From an uncultured cyanobacterium (GTDB lineage: Bacteria > Cyanobacteriota > Cyanobacteriia > PCC-6307 > Cyanobiaceae): 64,000 bases of DNA. Under the pieces are notes generated by a model. The model was not told the origin of the DNA. It worked only from the letters and a program-made list of their open reading frames with translations, and ran no database searches. This document shows, in pieces, positions 10,946-20,760 of the stretch. The stretch covers positions 1 through 64,000 of the forward strand of contig CAVONQ010000009.1 in NCBI GenBank assembly GCA_963697335.1. The letters run 5' to 3'. Position 1 is the first letter of the stretch, and every line of letters starts with the position of its first letter. A program made the position numbers and the translations under genes.

Positions 10946-12583
10946 ATGACCAGCAGCCCCGCCAGCGTCGATCTCGAATCCCTGGCCGAGGCCGTGGAGC
11001 GGCGTCGCAACTTCGCGATCATTTCCCACCCCGACGCGGGCAAGACCACCCTCACCGAGAAATTGCTGCTCTATGGCGGCGCCATCCAGCAGGCCGGTGC
11101 CGTGAAGGCCAAGGGGGAGCAGCGCAAGGTGACCTCCGACTGGATGGAGCTTGAAAAGCAGCGCGGCATCTCGATCACCTCCACCGTGCTGCAGTTCGAC
11201 TACGCCGGCACCACGGTGAACCTGCTGGACACCCCAGGCCACCAGGACTTCTCAGAGGACACCTACCGCACCCTGGCCGCCGCCGACAACGCGGTGATGC
11301 TGGAAGACGCCGCCAAGGGCCTCGAACCGCAGACGCGCAAGCTGTTTGAGGTGTGCCGGCTGCGGCGGGTGCCGATCTTCACCTTCATCAACAAGATGGA
11401 CCGGCCGGGGCGTGAGCCCCTGGAGCTGATCGATGAGATCGAGAGCGAACTGGGCCTCACCTGCTGGCCGGTGAACTGGCCGATCGGCAGTGGCGATCGC
11501 TTCCGGGGCGTGATCGACCGCCGCAGCCGGGACGTGATCCTGTTCGAGCGGGCCGAGCGGGGCCGGCAGGCCACCGAGAAGCGCCTGCTGGCGGACAGCC
11601 CTGAGCTGGCGGATCTGGTGGAACCCGACCTGCTGGCCACCGCCCGGGAGGAACTGGAGCTGCTCGATGGCGCCGGCGCCGAGCTGGATCTGGCCCTGGT
11701 GCAGGCCGGGGAGCTGAGCCCGGTGTTCTTCGGTTCGGCGATGACCAACTTCGGCGTGCGCCCCTTCCTCGATGCCTTCCTGGAGCTGGCCCAGAAGCCG
11801 GTGCCGCGCCAGAGCCACGGCGTGGCGGTGGATCCGGTGGCGCCGGGGTTCAGCGGCTTCGTGTTCAAGCTGCAGGCCAACATGGACCCCCGCCACCGCG
11901 ACCGGGTGGCGTTCGTGCGGGTGTGCAGCGGCCGCTTCGAGAAGGACATGACCGTGCAGCACGCCCGCACCGGCAGGGCGATCCGCCTGTCGCGGCCCCA
12001 GAAGCTGTTCGGCCAGGACCGCGAAGTGGTGGAAGATGCCTTCCCCGGCGATGTGATCGGCCTCAACAACCCCGGCATGTTCGCCATCGGCGACACCCTC
12101 TACCTGGGCGCCAAGGTGGAATACGAGGGCATTCCCTGTTTCTCCCCGGAGATCTTTTCCTGGTTGCGCAACCCCAACCCCTCCGCCTTCAAGAGCTTCC
12201 GCAAGGGGGTGAATGAACTGCGCGAGGAGGGGGCCGTGCAGATCCTCTACGACACCGACCAGAGCAAACGCGACCCGATCCTGGCGGCGGTGGGTCAGCT
12301 GCAGCTGGAGGTGGTGCAGTATCGCCTCGAGCACGAATACGGCGTGCAGACCCGCCTGGAGCCCATGGGCTTCAGCGTGGCCCGCTGGGTGTGCGGCGGC
12401 TGGGATGCCCTTGAGGCCGTGGGCCGGATCTTCAACTGCAAGACCGTGCGCGATGCCTGGGATCGGCCGGTGCTGCTGTTCAAGAACGCCTGGAATCTGC
12501 GCCAGCTCCAGGACGACCACCCCGACCTCGAACTGGCGGTGGTGGCCCCGGTGGTGAGCGGCGTCGAGCCGATCAGCCTGTGA
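10946..12583 (+). CDS. prfC: Peptide chain release factor 3
   Basis: [55 protein letters not shown]. Confidence 0.97.
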   Translation: MTSSPASVDLESLAEAVERRRNFAIISHPDAGKTTLTEKLLLYGGAIQQAGAVKAKGEQRKVTSDWMELEKQRGISITSTVLQFDYAGTTVNLLDTPGHQDFSEDTYRTLAAADNAVMLEDAAKGLEPQTRKLFEVCRLRRVPIFTFINKMDRPGREPLELIDEIESELGLTCWPVNWPIGSGDRFRGVIDRRSRDVILFERAERGRQATEKRLLADSPELADLVEPDLLATAREELELLDGAGAELDLALVQAGELSPVFFGSAMTNFGVRPFLDAFLELAQKPVPRQSHGVAVDPVAPGFSGFVFKLQANMDPRHRDRVAFVRVCSGRFEKDMTVQHARTGRAIRLSRPQKLFGQDREVVEDAFPGDVIGLNNPGMFAIGDTLYLGAKVEYEGIPCFSPEIFSWLRNPNPSAFKSFRKGVNELREEGAVQILYDTDQSKRDPILAAVGQLQLEVVQYRLEHEYGVQTRLEPMGFSVARWVCGGWDALEAVGRIFNCKTVRDAWDRPVLLFKNAWNLRQLQDDHPDLELAVVAPVVSGVEPISL

Positions 12584-12821
12584 GGCTGGCCTGCTCGGCT
12601 GGTGCAGCCGGTTCCCACTCGATCTTGATCACATCCACCGGTCCGCGCCCGGAGCTGTTGAGCTGCAGGGCTGCCCGCAGGGCCGCCTCGTGGGTGTGAA
12701 ACAGGTAGGCCTCGTAGGGGTCCGCCACCGGCGACACCCGCTGGTCCGTGCCCTGCACGGCCAGAAACAGGCCGTCATCCAGCCGGCGGATGGCGTAGCG
12801 CTCGGGCTGGGTGCACTCCAT
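12573..12821 (-). CDS. Small hypothetical protein (~82 aa)
   Basis: [23 protein letters not shown]... with host-like codon usage, convergent with prfC. No motif recognised. Confidence 0.5.
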   Translation of the reverse strand: MECTQPERYAIRRLDDGLFLAVQGTDQRVSPVADPYEAYLFHTHEAALRAALQLNSSGRGPVDVIKIEWEPAAPAEQASLTG

Positions 12822-12967
12822 CGGGTGGGCGGGATCAATCTCAGGGGCCCAGAAATGCAGCACAGTGAACCTCCTGGATCGGTGGGTGCCGATCAATCTT
12901 TGGTGTTGTTTTTACCTTAGCGACCCGCTCTGGCTGCCACAAATCAGGGCTCCCAGGCCAGGGCTTC

Positions 12968-12985
12968 TTTACAGCTCTTCACACG
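12968..12985 (+). promoter_or_regulatory. Possible HLR1 (RpaB) direct repeat upstream of the linker gene
   Basis: TTTACAGC-TC-TTCACACG resembles (G/T)TTACA(T/A)(T/A)-N2-(G/T)TTACA(T/A)(T/A), but is degenerate. Confidence 0.3.
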
Positions 12986-13104
12986 ATCCCAACGTTCAAT
13001 GAATCTTGATCACAGGCCCGGGGGATCGGCTTAGCGTCGTGCCAGCGCGTGCCTCGGCATGCTGCCTACTCCCAGCCCGATCCTCGCCCTACGCTCCCCC
13101 GCCC

Positions 13105-14028
13105 ATGGCATTGGTCAAAGCCCCCGCTCTGGGGATTGAACGCTTCGCAGGTTCCCGCAACCGAGAAAACTGGGCCCACGCCTCAGAAGACGACCGCAAG
13201 ACGATTGTGCGTGCGGTGTACCAACAGGTGCTGGGCAACCAGTACATCATGAAGAGCGAACGGCTCAATGGCCTCGAATCACTCTTCCGCAATGGCGATC
13301 TGAGCGTGCGTGAGTTCGTGCGCCTGGTGGCCAAGAGCGGCCTCTACAAGGAGAAGTTCTTTGAGAACTGCAACCCCTACCGCTTCATTGAGCTGAACCA
13401 CAAGCACCTGCTGGGCCGGGCCCCCAACACGGCCCAGGAGATGCTCGATCACTTCACCATCCTCCAGGAGCAGGGCTACGACGCTGAAATCGATTCCTAC
13501 ATCGACAGCGACGAGTATCAGGGCCGCTTCGGCCAGGATGTGGTGCCCTACATCCACGGCTGGGACTATTCCGTTGGCCAGCAGGGGCGCCAGTTCTCCT
13601 GGGTGTTCCAGCTGGCCCGGGGTGCGGCCGCCTCGGTGAAGGGCGACAGCAGCGGCGTGCAGTCGCGCCTCAACCGCGTGGTGCACCGCAACCGCCCCGT
13701 GCCGGTGAATCCGCCCAGCTCCGGCCCCGCCTACTTCCGCTCCTCCGTGGGCTCAGGCGCCTACGGCGGCGATGGCGCCGAGGCCCCGATGGCCGTCTAC
13801 AACTCCGAGCGCACCGATCGCATCAGCGGTCTGCCGGTGATGGCCGGCGCCCGGGGCACCGATGGCAGCAGCGGCCGCCTGGTGACCCTGGTGGTGACCG
13901 GCGTGGCCAACAACGCCTACTCCCGCACCGCCGAAACGGTGATCCGCGTGCCCTACACCCGCATGAACCAGGCCCTGCAGCGGGTCAACCGGCTCGGTGG
14001 CCGGGTGGTGGAGGTCAGCGTGCGCTGA
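13105..14028 (+). CDS. Phycobilisome rod linker, phycoerythrin-associated (CpeC/MpeE-like), with C-terminal CpcD-like domain
   Basis: VRAVYQQVLGN, SVREFVRLVAKS, IELNHKHLLGRAP, EIDSYIDSDEY; FQLARGAAASVKGD is CpeC-like; C-terminal VPYTRMNQALQRVNRLGGRV. Confidence 0.88.
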   Translation: MALVKAPALGIERFAGSRNRENWAHASEDDRKTIVRAVYQQVLGNQYIMKSERLNGLESLFRNGDLSVREFVRLVAKSGLYKEKFFENCNPYRFIELNHKHLLGRAPNTAQEMLDHFTILQEQGYDAEIDSYIDSDEYQGRFGQDVVPYIHGWDYSVGQQGRQFSWVFQLARGAAASVKGDSSGVQSRLNRVVHRNRPVPVNPPSSGPAYFRSSVGSGAYGGDGAEAPMAVYNSERTDRISGLPVMAGARGTDGSSGRLVTLVVTGVANNAYSRTAETVIRVPYTRMNQALQRVNRLGGRVVEVSVR

Positions 14029-15172
14029 GCCCGGCGGGCTCCTGGGGCAGGATCAGTTCCAGCAGGGCGCCACCGCTGCCGTGGTTGCGCGCCTGCACCC
14101 TGCCCCCGTGGGTGGCGGCGATCTGCTGCACGATCGCCAGCCCCAGGCCGCTGCCGGTGCGCTCCTGGCGCACCCGGGAGCTGTCGCCGCGGTAGAAGCG
14201 CTCGAACATGTGGTTGAGGTCGTCCTCGCTCAGCCCCGGCCCCTGGTCGCGGATGCTCAGCTGGCACCAACCGCCCCGGCTGCCGATCCCCGCCTCCACC
14301 TCACCGCCGCTGGGGCTGTAGCGCAGGGCATTGTCGAGCAGGTTGAGCAGGGCCCGGTGCAGACGTGCCTGGTCGCCGCGGATGTGCAGGTTTTCGGGCG
14401 GCCCCTTCACCTGCAGGCTGAGGCTTACCCCGCGCTGCTCGGCCACGGGGCGCAGGTTCTGCCACACCTGCTCCACCAGCTGCTCCAGATCCACCACCTC
14501 CAGGCTGAGGCCCTGGCCCGGCATGGCGTTTTCCAGGCGTGAGAGCTCCAGCAGATTCACCACCATGTCCTGCAGGCGCCGCAGTTCGCGCTGCAGCCGC
14601 TCCACCAGCCGGGCATTGCCATCGGTCACCTGGGCGGAGAGGCTGTCGCCCACCAGCAGCAAGGCGGTGAGGGGGGTTTTCAGCTCATGGGCCACATCGC
14701 TCACCCAGCGCTCCTGCTGATCGAGCTGGGCCTCCAGCGAGCGGCGACTCTGCAGCTGCAGCGCCATCCAGCCGTCGCGGTCCGGCACCACGGCCAGGTC
14801 GTAGTCCTGGAGGCCATGGCGCCACTCCAGCCGCTGGGCCCGCTGCTGGCGACGCGCCAGAGCGATTGAGCTCAGCAGGGTGGGATCGTCGCAGACCTGG
14901 GCCAGGGGGGTGCCCAGCACCCGCATTCCAGCCGCCCTCGAGGCTCCTCTGCCGGCGGCTGTGCTGCCCTCCGGCTCCGCCAGCAGGATGCGTTCGGCCC
15001 GGGGGCTGATGTGGCAGATCCGGTCCTCACCATCGAGCAGCACCCAGCCCATGGGCGAGTGGTCCATCCAGCTCAGCAGCTGGCGGCTGCTCGGCTCGGG
15101 CAGGGCCGCCGCCCCGCGGCGCCACCAGGGGCTGCCGGAGCCCGGCCAGCCGCCGCGACTGCTCTCAGCCAA
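14015..15172 (-). CDS. phoR: Phosphate sensor histidine kinase (PhoR/SphS)
   Basis: H-box DVAHELKTPL, N-box NLLDNALRY, DQGPG, FERFYR, GSGLGLAIV. Coupled to the phoB-like regulator. Confidence 0.85.
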   Translation of the reverse strand: MAESSRGGWPGSGSPWWRRGAAALPEPSSRQLLSWMDHSPMGWVLLDGEDRICHISPRAERILLAEPEGSTAAGRGASRAAGMRVLGTPLAQVCDDPTLLSSIALARRQQRAQRLEWRHGLQDYDLAVVPDRDGWMALQLQSRRSLEAQLDQQERWVSDVAHELKTPLTALLLVGDSLSAQVTDGNARLVERLQRELRRLQDMVVNLLELSRLENAMPGQGLSLEVVDLEQLVEQVWQNLRPVAEQRGVSLSLQVKGPPENLHIRGDQARLHRALLNLLDNALRYSPSGGEVEAGIGSRGGWCQLSIRDQGPGLSEDDLNHMFERFYRGDSSRVRQERTGSGLGLAIVQQIAATHGGRVQARNHGSGGALLELILPQEPAGLSAR

Positions 15173-15857
15173 AGCGATACCCGAAGCCCCGCACCGTGAT
15201 CAGGTGGGTGGGGGAGGAGGGTTCCGCCTCCAGCTTTTCGCGCAGCCAGCGGATGTGCACGTCCACGGTCTTGCTGTCGCCGAAGTAGTCCACACCCCAC
15301 ACCTGCTCCAGCAGCTTGTCGCGGCTCCAGACCCGGCGGGGATGCTGCATGAACAGCTCCAGCAGCCGGTATTCCTTGGGGGAGAGGTTCACCGGTAGGC
15401 CGTCCCGGGTCACGCGGCACTCCTCCTGGTAGAGCTTGAGGTTGGCATGCTCGAGCACCTTGGCCTGGTGGGCCTGGCTGGTGGTGCGGCGCAGCAGGGC
15501 CCGGCAGCGCGCCACCAGCTCGCGCATGCCGAAGGGCTTCACCAGGTAGTCGTCGGCCCCCACCTCCAGGCCCAGCACCCGGTCGGTCTCGCTGTCGCGG
15601 GCGCTCACCACCAGGATCGGCGTGAGGATGTCAGCCGCCCGCAGGGCCCGGCAGACATCGAGCCCGCCCAGGCCCGGCAGCATCAGATCGAGCACCACCA
15701 GGCCGTAGGCGTCGTCCTCAGTACAACGCTGCAGCAGCTTGAGCGCATCGCGGCCATTGCCACAGGCCGTCACGGCAAAGCCCTCCAGCTGCAGGGCCTC
15801 CTGCAGGGTGTCGCGGATGGTTTCATCGTCCTCGACGACCAGCAGGCGCGCGCTCAT
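15165..15857 (-). CDS. phoB: OmpR-family phosphate response regulator (PhoB/SphR)
   Basis: LVVEDD, LDLMLP, GADDYLVKPF, KTVDVHIRWLREKLE, TVRGFGYRF. Pho-cluster context. Alternative ATG at 15947. Confidence 0.88.
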   Translation of the reverse strand: MSARLLVVEDDETIRDTLQEALQLEGFAVTACGNGRDALKLLQRCTEDDAYGLVVLDLMLPGLGGLDVCRALRAADILTPILVVSARDSETDRVLGLEVGADDYLVKPFGMRELVARCRALLRRTTSQAHQAKVLEHANLKLYQEECRVTRDGLPVNLSPKEYRLLELFMQHPRRVWSRDKLLEQVWGVDYFGDSKTVDVHIRWLREKLEAEPSSPTHLITVRGFGYRFG

Positions 15858-15943
15858 GCCGCCATTCTGACCGCCTCCGTTCTGCCCCCCGCCATCGAGA
15901 TCCCAGAAACTGTTGATCGGCCGCAGGACCGATCCGGGGCGAC

Positions 15944-16579
15944 TCATCGGCGCAGGGGTTGGTGGCTGATCACCAGGTGGCGTTCGAGATCGAGATCGAG
16001 CCAGCCCTCGGCCCGCAACTGGCCCAGCAGCCGGGTGATCGTCACCCGGGTGGTGCTCAGGGCGCTGGCCAGGTCCTGGTGGGTGAGCCGCAGGGGCAGC
16101 CGCAGGCCGCGGTCACAGGGCTGGCCGTACTCCTCAGCCAGCAGCTCCAGAAAGCCCTTCACCCGGTCTTCGATGCGGCGCAGGCCGAGCAGGGCCAGCA
16201 TCGCCTCGCTCTGGCGGTAGCGCGACGCCATGCCCTGCAGGATGCCGATGGCCAGATGGGGGGAGGCGTGGATGTCGTCGCAGCTGAGGCAGAGCAGGTC
16301 GCTGGCCACCAGGGTGGTGGCCTCGTAGGCGGGCTGGTTGGTGAGGGGATCCCCGAAGGGCTCATTGGGGCCCGCCAGCCCCAGCAGCAGGGCATCGCCC
16401 TGGTAGGAGATGGCGCCGAGCTTCACCATGCCGCGCACCACAACCCAGAGGTTGCGGCGCAGCAGGGGGATCGGGCTGCCGGCCGGCAGGTGCACCAGGC
16501 TGCGCTTCTCAAAGCTGGCCTCCAGCAGGTCCCGGAAGCTGTCGCGGTGCTCCGCAGCTTGGGAAGGCGTGAACACCAT
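15944..16579 (-). CDS. ptrA: CRP/FNR-family regulator, PtrA-like
   Basis: cNMP-like N-terminus and CRP HTH LTHQDLASALSTTRVTITRLL. Adjacent to phoBR with an upstream PHO box. Confidence 0.7.
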   Translation of the reverse strand: MVFTPSQAAEHRDSFRDLLEASFEKRSLVHLPAGSPIPLLRRNLWVVVRGMVKLGAISYQGDALLLGLAGPNEPFGDPLTNQPAYEATTLVASDLLCLSCDDIHASPHLAIGILQGMASRYRQSEAMLALLGLRRIEDRVKGFLELLAEEYGQPCDRGLRLPLRLTHQDLASALSTTRVTITRLLGQLRAEGWLDLDLERHLVISHQPLRR

Positions 16580-16652
16580 GGGGCTGCGGCCGGAGGGTGC
16601 CAAAACCCTATGGAGGGCAGGCGGCTCTGCGGTCAAGACGGGATGGTCGTCC

Positions 16653-16670
16653 GTTTAAGAGTTGGTTAGC
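16653..16670 (-). promoter_or_regulatory. PHO box upstream of ptrA-phoB-phoR
   Basis: Minus strand GCTAACC-AACT-CTTAAAC: two CTTAACC-like units with 11-bp period. Confidence 0.6.
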
Positions 16671-16706
16671 ACTGCCCGCCTGTGGCCACGGGCAGCGGGT
16701 GGGGGC

Positions 16707-17084
16707 TCAGTCGCAACAGGGGGCGGCGGGCCGCCGGCACTGGGCATTGAGCCGGCCCAGCCACTGCTGCAGGGCGGTGATCGCCTGCGGTTGCAGGCGG
16801 TAGTAGATCCAGCGGCCCTGCTCGCGCCCCTCCAGCAGGCCAGCTTCTTTCAGCACCCGCAGATGGAAGGAGAGCTTCGACTGGGCCAGGCCCAGGTCCA
16901 CGGTGAGATCGCAGACGCAGCGCTCGCCGCCCGCGAGCGCCTCAATCACCTGCAGCCGCAGGGGATCCCCGAGGGCCTTGAGCAGCTGGCGGGCCTGGGT
17001 GTCGTCGAGGCTGTCCGCAGAGCGGTCAGCGAGGCTCGAGCCGCTGCCGACGGGCCGCGCTACAGGGGGGCTGGTCAGGGTCAT
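16707..17084 (-). CDS. arsR: ArsR/SmtB arsenite-responsive repressor
   Basis: LKALGDPLRL, ERCVCDL (alpha3 CxC), SKLSFHLRVL and C-terminal PCCD. Confidence 0.85.
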   Translation of the reverse strand: MTLTSPPVARPVGSGSSLADRSADSLDDTQARQLLKALGDPLRLQVIEALAGGERCVCDLTVDLGLAQSKLSFHLRVLKEAGLLEGREQGRWIYYRLQPQAITALQQWLGRLNAQCRRPAAPCCD

Positions 17085-17174
17085 CGAGCCATTCTCAGGG
17101 GTCGAGCTGAGGCCTGTGACAGACGATCAGAATTCCCTGGCCCGCTCCCGCTTCGGGGGGGCCGTGAAGCTTCC

Positions 17175-18224
17175 TTAGCGGTATTCCGGTTTGCGGGTGT
17201 CATCGAAGCTGCGCCGCAGGGCTTCGGCAATCGGCAGGCCCACCGGCAGGTCACCGCCGAAGGAGGTGCCGAGAATGTGGCGGTACAGCTTTGATTCCAC
17301 CAGTCGGTAGGTGTCGGGCGGCAGGGGGATGGACCCCGCCTCCTCCACAAAGCGGAGCCCATTGCCCACCGTGAACCCCACGAAGCTGCGGATCGCGTCG
17401 TTGGCGCGCATGTCCTGGTCGTTCACATAGATGAACAGCGGTCGCGACAGCGGCCGGTAGCTGCCGTCCTGAACCGCCTGCACCGAGGGGGCGACGGCGT
17501 TGCCATCGGCCGAGGCGACCGCGAGGGCCTTCAACCGCTCGGCATTGGGCCTGTAGTAGCCGAAGCCCAGGTAGCCCATGGCGTTGGGGTCATCGGCCAC
17601 GCAGGCCACGATCACGTTGTCGTCCTCGCTGGTTTCCACGTCGGTGCGGCTGTTGGCTTTGTCGCCGTTGATCGCCTCGTTGAAGTAGTCGAAGGTGCCC
17701 GAATCGCGGCCTGGGCTGCAGAGGCGCAGGGGGCGTTCCGGCCAGTCGCCGTTCACCTGGTTCCAGGCCTTCACCGTGCCCTGGGCTGATGCCGACCAGG
17801 TGCGGGCCAGTTCCTTGGTGCTGATCGTTGAGGCCCAGTCGTTGCCGCCGTTCACCACCACGCTGATGGCATCGAAGGCCAGGGGCAGCTCGATGAAGGT
17901 GATCCCCTTGGCGGCACAGGCCTGGAGCTCCTCCGTGCTGATCGGGCGGGAGGCGTTGGCGATCGGAGCCTCACCCGCGCAGAAGGCGCGCAGACCGGCG
18001 CTGGTGCCCACCTCGCTGAGTTCCACCGTCACATCGCGGCCGCGCGTCGTGGCGCCATAGCCGGCGACGGCCAGCTTCAGGATCGGGAACACGGTGCTGG
18101 AGCCGGTGATACGAATCGGGCTGGCTTCCGGTGTTGGTGTCCGGCCGCAGCTGGCCAGCAGGGCGGCCAGGGCCGGCAGCACGGCGGCGGCCAGGGGGAG
18201 CGAACCACGGGGGCAGGTGGCCAT
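17175..18224 (-). CDS. pstS: Phosphate ABC transporter substrate-binding lipoprotein
   Basis: Lipobox LASC, ITGSSTVFP, ANASRPI, DSGTFDYF, YRPLSRPLFIYV. Confidence 0.92.
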   Translation of the reverse strand: MATCPRGSLPLAAAVLPALAALLASCGRTPTPEASPIRITGSSTVFPILKLAVAGYGATTRGRDVTVELSEVGTSAGLRAFCAGEAPIANASRPISTEELQACAAKGITFIELPLAFDAISVVVNGGNDWASTISTKELARTWSASAQGTVKAWNQVNGDWPERPLRLCSPGRDSGTFDYFNEAINGDKANSRTDVETSEDDNVIVACVADDPNAMGYLGFGYYRPNAERLKALAVASADGNAVAPSVQAVQDGSYRPLSRPLFIYVNDQDMRANDAIRSFVGFTVGNGLRFVEEAGSIPLPPDTYRLVESKLYRHILGTSFGGDLPVGLPIAEALRRSFDDTRKPEYR

Positions 18225-18262
18225 GGGAGCAGGGGAGAACCCGGACCGCTTCAGCTTGGTGA

Positions 18263-18286
18263 ATCAACCAGACTTGCTGGTTAAGA
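18263..18286 (-). promoter_or_regulatory. ArsR-like operator plus PHO half-site upstream of pstS
   Basis: ATCAA-CCAGAC-TTGCT (18263-18278) is one mismatch from ATCAA-N6-TTGAT. Adjacent GGTTAAG reads CTTAACC on the minus strand. Confidence 0.45.
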
Positions 18287-19729
18287 GACGGTGTTGCCCA
18301 GCTGTGCCAGCACCGCCGCAGCTGCCTCCTCGCCGCTGCGCACGGCCCCCTCGAAGAAGCCAGGCCAGCGCTCGGCCACCTCGGTGCCGGCCCAGAACAC
18401 CCGCCCATGGGGCCGGCGCAGGGCATCGCCGCAGCGGGTCCACAGGCCTGGCGGCATCCAGCCGGCGTAGGCGCCGCCCACGTGGGGCTCGGCCGGCCAG
18501 TCCTTCTCGCAGTAGGCCAGGGGCGCGAGGGCCTGGGGGCCCAGGTAGGCCGCCAGATCCGCCAGCACCGCCCGGCGTCGTTCCGCTTCGGGCAAGGGGG
18601 CCCAGCGGTGGTAGCGGTGGCCCGCCACGAAGGCGGCCAGCACCCCGAACCCGCTCTCGGGGTCGGAACTGTCGGCGCAGAGTTCCACCGTGGGGCGATC
18701 CCCGATGGCGATCCCCGCCAGCCCCTGCTCCTGCCACCAGGGGCTGGCATAGGCGATCAGCACCTTGGCGCAGGCCCCCATCGCCATCTCGGCCTGGAGG
18801 TGCTGCCGGTCGGCTGGCAGCTCCGGCGTGAACTGCAGCCGGGCCGCCATGGCCGGCGGCATGGCCACGACCACGGCGCGGCAGGGGTACTGGCCCCGGT
18901 CGGTGTGCACCACCACGGCATGAGGCCCCTCCTGCTCAACGGCCCGCACCGGCTCGCCCAGGTGCAGCACGGCCTCGCCCAGTTCGGCCGCCAGCAGGGC
19001 CGGCAGCTGGCCCGCTCCCCCATGCAGCAGCCACTCCTCGGGGTGCTCGCCCTGGGGGGCGGTGCGCTGACCCCAGAGCACGTGCAGCAGCGACACCTGC
19101 TCCGGCTCCGCCGGGCCAAGAAAGCCCACGGCCCGGCAGAAATAGGCGAAATACCAGGCGGCAAACGGGGTGTGGGTGTGGGCGTCGATCCAGTCCTGGA
19201 AGCTGAGGCGATCCAGCGCCGCGGCAGCGGGATGGTGGTGGGGGTGGCCCTCAGGCAGCTGGGCCACCAGGGCCTGGAATTGCTCCAGCGCCGCCATGGC
19301 ATCGGCCCAGTCGGCCTCGGGCACGGCGGGGGGCTGGCCCTCGGGGAAGCCCTGGAAGAAACCGCTGAAGCGGCAGCGCTGCTCTCCGAACACCAGCACG
19401 GTGTCGCCGCGGTGGGGCGACGCAAAGCGGCGGATGCCGTGGCGCTCCAGCAGCGCCAGAACGCGGGTCTGGCTGGGGCCGACCCACTGGCCGCCGAGGT
19501 CGATCCAGGGGTGGTGGCCGCCTGGGCCCACCCCTCCGCCCTCCAGGGGAAGCTGCTGCCTCCGCATGCGGCCGCCGGGCTGCTCAGCCGCCTCGATCAG
19601 CCGCACCGAGCAGGCGGCTTGCTGCAGGCAGCGAGCGGCCACCAGGCCGGCGAGGCCAGCCCCCACCACCACCACATCCACGGGCTCCGCGAGGGTCCCG
19701 TGCCGAAGCCCAGCCTGAGTGGAAACCAT
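18281..19729 (-). CDS. Flavin monoamine oxidase family protein
   Basis: DVVVVGAGLAGL, GGRM, DLGGQWVG, VFWAGTE, GFFEGAVRSG. Confidence 0.9.
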   Translation of the reverse strand: MVSTQAGLRHGTLAEPVDVVVVGAGLAGLVAARCLQQAACSVRLIEAAEQPGGRMRRQQLPLEGGGVGPGGHHPWIDLGGQWVGPSQTRVLALLERHGIRRFASPHRGDTVLVFGEQRCRFSGFFQGFPEGQPPAVPEADWADAMAALEQFQALVAQLPEGHPHHHPAAAALDRLSFQDWIDAHTHTPFAAWYFAYFCRAVGFLGPAEPEQVSLLHVLWGQRTAPQGEHPEEWLLHGGAGQLPALLAAELGEAVLHLGEPVRAVEQEGPHAVVVHTDRGQYPCRAVVVAMPPAMAARLQFTPELPADRQHLQAEMAMGACAKVLIAYASPWWQEQGLAGIAIGDRPTVELCADSSDPESGFGVLAAFVAGHRYHRWAPLPEAERRRAVLADLAAYLGPQALAPLAYCEKDWPAEPHVGGAYAGWMPPGLWTRCGDALRRPHGRVFWAGTEVAERWPGFFEGAVRSGEEAAAAVLAQLGNTVS

Positions 19730-19746
19730 CTGCCCAGCTTCCCAGC

Positions 19747-20595
19747 TCAGCCCAGGCGCTGCAGGAAACCCTGGATCACCAGGGAGTTGGTGATGTCGAT
19801 GAAGAAGCCCGACACCAGGGGCACCACCAGGAAGGCCCGTTCTGCGGCCCCATAGAGCCCCGCCACGGCAGCCATGTTGGCCATGGCGGTGGGGGTGGCG
19901 CCGAGGGAGAAGCCGCCGAAGCCGGCGCACACCACAGCTGCCTCGTAGTCGCGTCCCATGGCGGGAAACACCAGCAGGCAGGCAAACAGGGCGGCCACGG
20001 CGAACTGAGCGGCCAGGATCACCAGCAGCGGGCCGCCGAGGCCGGCCAATGTCCAGAGCTGCAGGCTCATCAGCGACATGGCCAGGAAGATCCCCAGCGA
20101 CACTTCCGACACCAGGGCGAGGGACGGGGAGTGGGCGGGCCAGGGGATCGGCAGCAGTCGCGGCACGGTGTTGGTGATCACAATCGCCGCGAACAGGCAG
20201 CACACGAACAGGGGCAACTTGATTTCCAGGGCGGCGAAGCCCACCTCCAGCAGCTCGCCAAGCCCCAGGCTCACGTTGAGCCAGAAGAGGGTGGCCAGCA
20301 GGCTGAAGCTGGACACTGGCGCTGCCTGGCTCGGGGTTCGGACTTGGTTGGCTGTGCGGGGCTGACCAGCTGTAAGGGGCTTGCCGGTGGCTGCGGTGTC
20401 AGCGGCAGCGGCAGCTGGGGTGGAGAGCCCGTGGCGCCGGATCAGGAAGCGGGCGATCGGACCGCCCATCAGGGAGGAGAGCACCAGGCCGAAGGTGGCG
20501 CAGGCCGCGCCGATCTCGAGGGCGTTGGCGATGCCGTGCTGCTCGGCGAAGCGCGGTGCCCAGGCGATGGCGGTGCCATGGCCCCCCAGCAGCGT
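19747..20595 (-). pseudogene. gltS: 5'-truncated sodium:glutamate symporter (GltS family)
   Basis: GGHGTAIAW, ATFGL...GGPIA, LGATPTAMANM, AFLVVPLV. The usual N-terminal region before GGHGT is missing. Confidence 0.8.
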
Positions 20596-20685
20596 GAACA
20601 GTCCGGGGAACCACTGGCCCAGCACCATGCCGGCGGCGATGGCCAGGCCCACCCAGAGACTCAGTCAACGTTCGAAGCTGCCCAG
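20596..20685 (-). pseudogene. acr3: N-terminal remnant of an Acr3-type arsenite efflux gene with in-frame stop, fused to gltS
   Basis: Minus strand reads LGSFER*LSLWVGLAIAAGMVLGQWFPGLF, matching the recalled Acr3 N-terminus (FERxLSLWV). TGA at 20665-20667. Divergent from gap3 across an ArsR box. Confidence 0.7.
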
Positions 20686-20740
20686 TTCCGTTGCAGCAGG
20701 GATGAGTGGAGCCGGCGCCCCAGGGGCCCAGCGGAACCCC

Positions 20741-20758
20741 CTTAACCTGCCCATAAGA
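20741..20758 (+). promoter_or_regulatory. PHO box upstream of gap3-arsJ
   Basis: CTTAACC-TGCC-CATAAGA, 11-bp period, first unit perfect. Confidence 0.6.
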
Positions 20759-20760
20759 TC

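Noticed and set aside
8664..10949. 761-aa ORF antisense to nrdJ, and similar long shadow ORFs (46086..48929, 43588..45012, 40720..42474, 60285..61985)
   Set aside because: They overlap well-supported genes on the opposite strand or frame and carry no motifs. Expected in high-GC DNA.
15858..15893. GGGQNGGGQNGG 15-nt tandem duplication before the phoB start
   Set aside because: Only two degenerate copies; probably a small local duplication, not an array.
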